Shown here: positions 61,111 through 64,000 of the stretch, one piece after another
Numbering within the stretch: the stretch's first letter is position 1
Layout of the letters: the number at the start of each line of letters is the position of its first letter
Assembly: GCF_009914755.1 (NCBI RefSeq)
Contig: NC_060926.1
DNA length: 64,000 nt
Direction: 5' to 3' (one strand)
Source of the DNA: the human T2T-CHM13v2.0 reference genome, Homo sapiens
The notes under the pieces: model-generated
The model's input: the letters and a program-made list of their open reading frames with translations, nothing else
Database searches by the model: none
What the model was told of the DNA's origin: nothing
Program-made: the position numbers and the translations under genes

Positions 61111-61179
61111 AGCTCATCTAGTTGGGTTCCATTGAATGCACAGTTGTGTATTTCTTGAATCCCATTCTTATTCAGCCAT
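61111..61179 (-). CDS. FSHR: FSHR exon 7 (69 nt, one LRR, AFNGT motif)
   Basis: Translation (L)WLNKNGIQEIHNCAFNGTQLDE(L). Acceptor ttttatttcAG, donor CT|GTAAGT. Intron 7 is only 111 nt (61000-61110). The Ala189 codon (61139-61137) is wild-type GCA. Confidence 0.98.
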
Positions 61180-62439
61180 CTGAAATAAAAGGCCTATTAA
61201 AAAACCAATAATGTCAGATGCAAACAATACACGGGTTTCATAATTGGAAGCACTGAGCAAGGGCAGACAGCACAGGTTAGTGGCATAAAGAAAATGCCAC
61301 TTTTAAAGCTTGGGGACACGGGTGGGAGGAAGACTGATTTATTGCTGTATAATCTTTTGTAACTTTTGAAGTTTGTATTACTTGCATGTATTACCTATTC
61401 AAAGGATTAAATGAAATTTAAGTTTGAAAGGCATACTTAGGCAGAGCAGCCTGGATTCTATAACTGTAAGGTCTTTACACACATCATTTGTGTGTAGAGA
61501 AGCAATGCGGGGAGCGACAGATCTTTCTCATCCTGAAGGACAGGAATCGTACAATTATTGAACAAGTGTTTATAAGACAGAGAAAGAACATTTTGTGTCA
61601 CCTTTCTCTAAGGCCTTAAGCCTTTCACCCATGATCACCCACAGCAGCAGGCCTGGCTGTCATCAAAAGTGATCTAATTAAGTTGTCAGACAACCTGAAC
61701 ATCTCCTGTGACCCATAGGGACCTGGTTATTGGAGGTTTGTGGAGGTGGCTCTGGGTTAAGCCAGAAAGGAAGAGAAATCAATTACAGAGAATGTGGGCT
61801 GTGGCAGGGTGAGGTGATCTGAATGAGCAGGGGAGGAGGTTCTGGGGGAGGTGGAGATGGGTGTAGAACAGCCATCCTGATTGCGCTAAGAAGGTCAGTG
61901 AGCAGGGTTCCCTGGACAGGGGAGCCCAAGGACACCTTGGGCTACAGCTCTGCCTTGCTCTGCTCCTGAGTGGATCTGAAAACAAAAACAGATACCAAGG
62001 TCAGGAGAGCTTAGCCCGAAGAACCTCTGACTACCTGCTCTTGTTTTGCTGTCAGGTTCTTTTCCCTGTCCAGCTTAGTGGGCTTGCAAATAACACTGTA
62101 CAGAAAGCTGACCCAGAGAAGCTCCTGTGCATCCAGGACTCTCTTTCCTGGGCTGCCATGGGTAGCCAGAAAACACTTAAAATCACAGGAGAACAACTGT
62201 ATGTCTTTTTCCTCCTCTTGAAAACCAATTACCTAAAAAAATCCAGAAAGGGGCGAGGCAAATCTTTTAAAACATTCACAATCAATTGGTGGGTTCTGAT
62301 GGCAAAGAAGTGGCTATGCACCCCCAATGCCATTTGAGAAAGCCTCTCCCAGGCACATCTGGACTCCTGACTGTTGCAGGATAGTGGGAGTTGCTGAGGT
62401 AGCTGTGGCATGTGGATCCCTGGGGATTTGAATCAAATA

Positions 62440-62750
62440 CAGGATTCAGCAAACTTTTTCTGTAAAGGGCCTGATAGTAAAGTTTAGGTTTTATGGGCCA
62501 AAAGGCAAAAATAAAAAATATTATATAAGTACTTTATGTACTTATAAAACAATTACCACAATTTTTTATTGACCAAATTCAAAGTGTAATAATTGGGTAT
62601 TTTTTTTTTTGTAATATAGGCCTAATATTGAGAAGAGAATTTTTAGTGGGGGATAACATTTTGCTTAACTTAGATCTAATGTTAGTGTTTCCTGTCTTAG
62701 CTCATGAGCTGGATTTGGCCTCTGGGTTATATGTAGTTGGCTGACCCTTA
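62440..62750 (+). mobile_element. hAT MITE, MER58B-like
   Basis: cagcaaactttttctgtaaagggcc...ggatttggcc...gttggctgaccct. Confidence 0.65.
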
Positions 62751-63116
62751 ATCCATACAGGTTCCACCTATTTGCCTATTGACTACATAATTAATATTTC
62801 TTGCATATTACTGTCCTGTAAATCGATGTTGCTATAATCAAATAAAACATAAACTAATTTTAAATAATTATTGTATTCAAATATCCCTTTGTCTTTATGG
62901 ATTATCTCAATCAACAGATACCATTATATGGGGAGGAGGATGGTATTTCTTGATATCAGCAGTGGATCATCACACAAAAAAAACAAATTATGTTCAGAAC
63001 TGCTGCCCTTGGATTTACGTTATCTGTGGGAATCTCAAGCTAGTAACAAAGGGAAACCCACATTTATTACACGCACCCCTGGTCTCTTAAGAGAGGAAGT
63101 ACCTATTTGAAAACCA

Positions 63117-63149
63117 GATGATGACGATGATGACGATGATGACGATGAC
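63117..63149. repeat. (GATGATGAC)n compound trinucleotide repeat
   Basis: GATGATGAC x3 plus GATGAC. Confidence 0.9.
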
Positions 63150-63706
63150 TACAACAACCTGGGCAGAACATCAACTAAGGAGTTACTGCATCACAGGCTT
63201 ACCTTAACCCTTTTGTGTCCTTGGGGATGAGGCCAGTGTGCTCACTCAGCAGAGGCTCAGGAAGCTACAGAAGTGAACTTTGCTCTCATCCTAAAGAGTG
63301 GAGGTGCTGGGGACTTGGCCCTTTAAAACTCATTGAGGGGCAGGCAAGGGAGACGGGCAGACTGAGGAACAGAGGAAACACGCACGAAGCAGGTCTCTCC
63401 TGAGGCCCGAGTGTGCTGGGCACTGTAACGCATATCACCTCATTTTATTTCTTCTGAATTAGGACATTATTCTCCTGGCTGGCCATAGCTAGGTGCTTTC
63501 CCCATTCAGGCACTCTGCTTACCAGGGCACAGTGCGGGTGCAGAAGGGCTCAGAAGCCTCTACACAGTGGGTTTTTATTGCTCACTTCTCTGATTCACTA
63601 GGCTAGTGTCTGATAATCTTTCATTGCTGGTTGCTTTAAAAATACATTTACTTTTAGAACAGGGCCTCAGAATTTTTTTCAACTTTCAGTTTCAGGGGAG
63701 CAAGTA

Positions 63707-64000
<294 letters not shown>

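Noticed and set aside
63117-63158. Poly-Asp run followed by GACTAC, resembling a FLAG tag or synthetic insert
   Set aside because: Wrong order for DYKDDDDK, no ORF context or vector sequence. It is a natural GAT/GAC microsatellite.

Overview
Human (not microbial) genomic DNA: the 3' part of FSHR (follicle-stimulating hormone receptor) on the minus strand. It holds exon 7 (61111-61179), exon 8 (60925-60999), exon 9 (46718-46903) and the large terminal exon 10 (CDS 40757-41990: hinge, 7TM, C-tail), plus about 40 kb of downstream repeat-rich intergenic DNA. An in-frame 102-nt cassette exon lies in intron 8 (47005-47106). The allele is Thr307/Asn680. Most other sequence is interspersed repeats: 12 Alus (including an AluYb8 and an AluYe-type), two L1PA elements, MaLR/ERVL/ERV1 LTRs, hAT MITEs, L2 and MIR. 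Nearly all short ORFs in the track are repeat-derived or random. I found no evidence of a new multi-gene biological system. The best second-look items are the cassette exon, a probable L1 3' transduction, a twin-primed inverted L1 nested in an LTR, a tail-less Alu with a templated duplication, and a strong CTCF site beside a candidate non-coding exon. Repeat subfamily names come from recalled consensus sequences and need RepeatMasker/Dfam confirmation.
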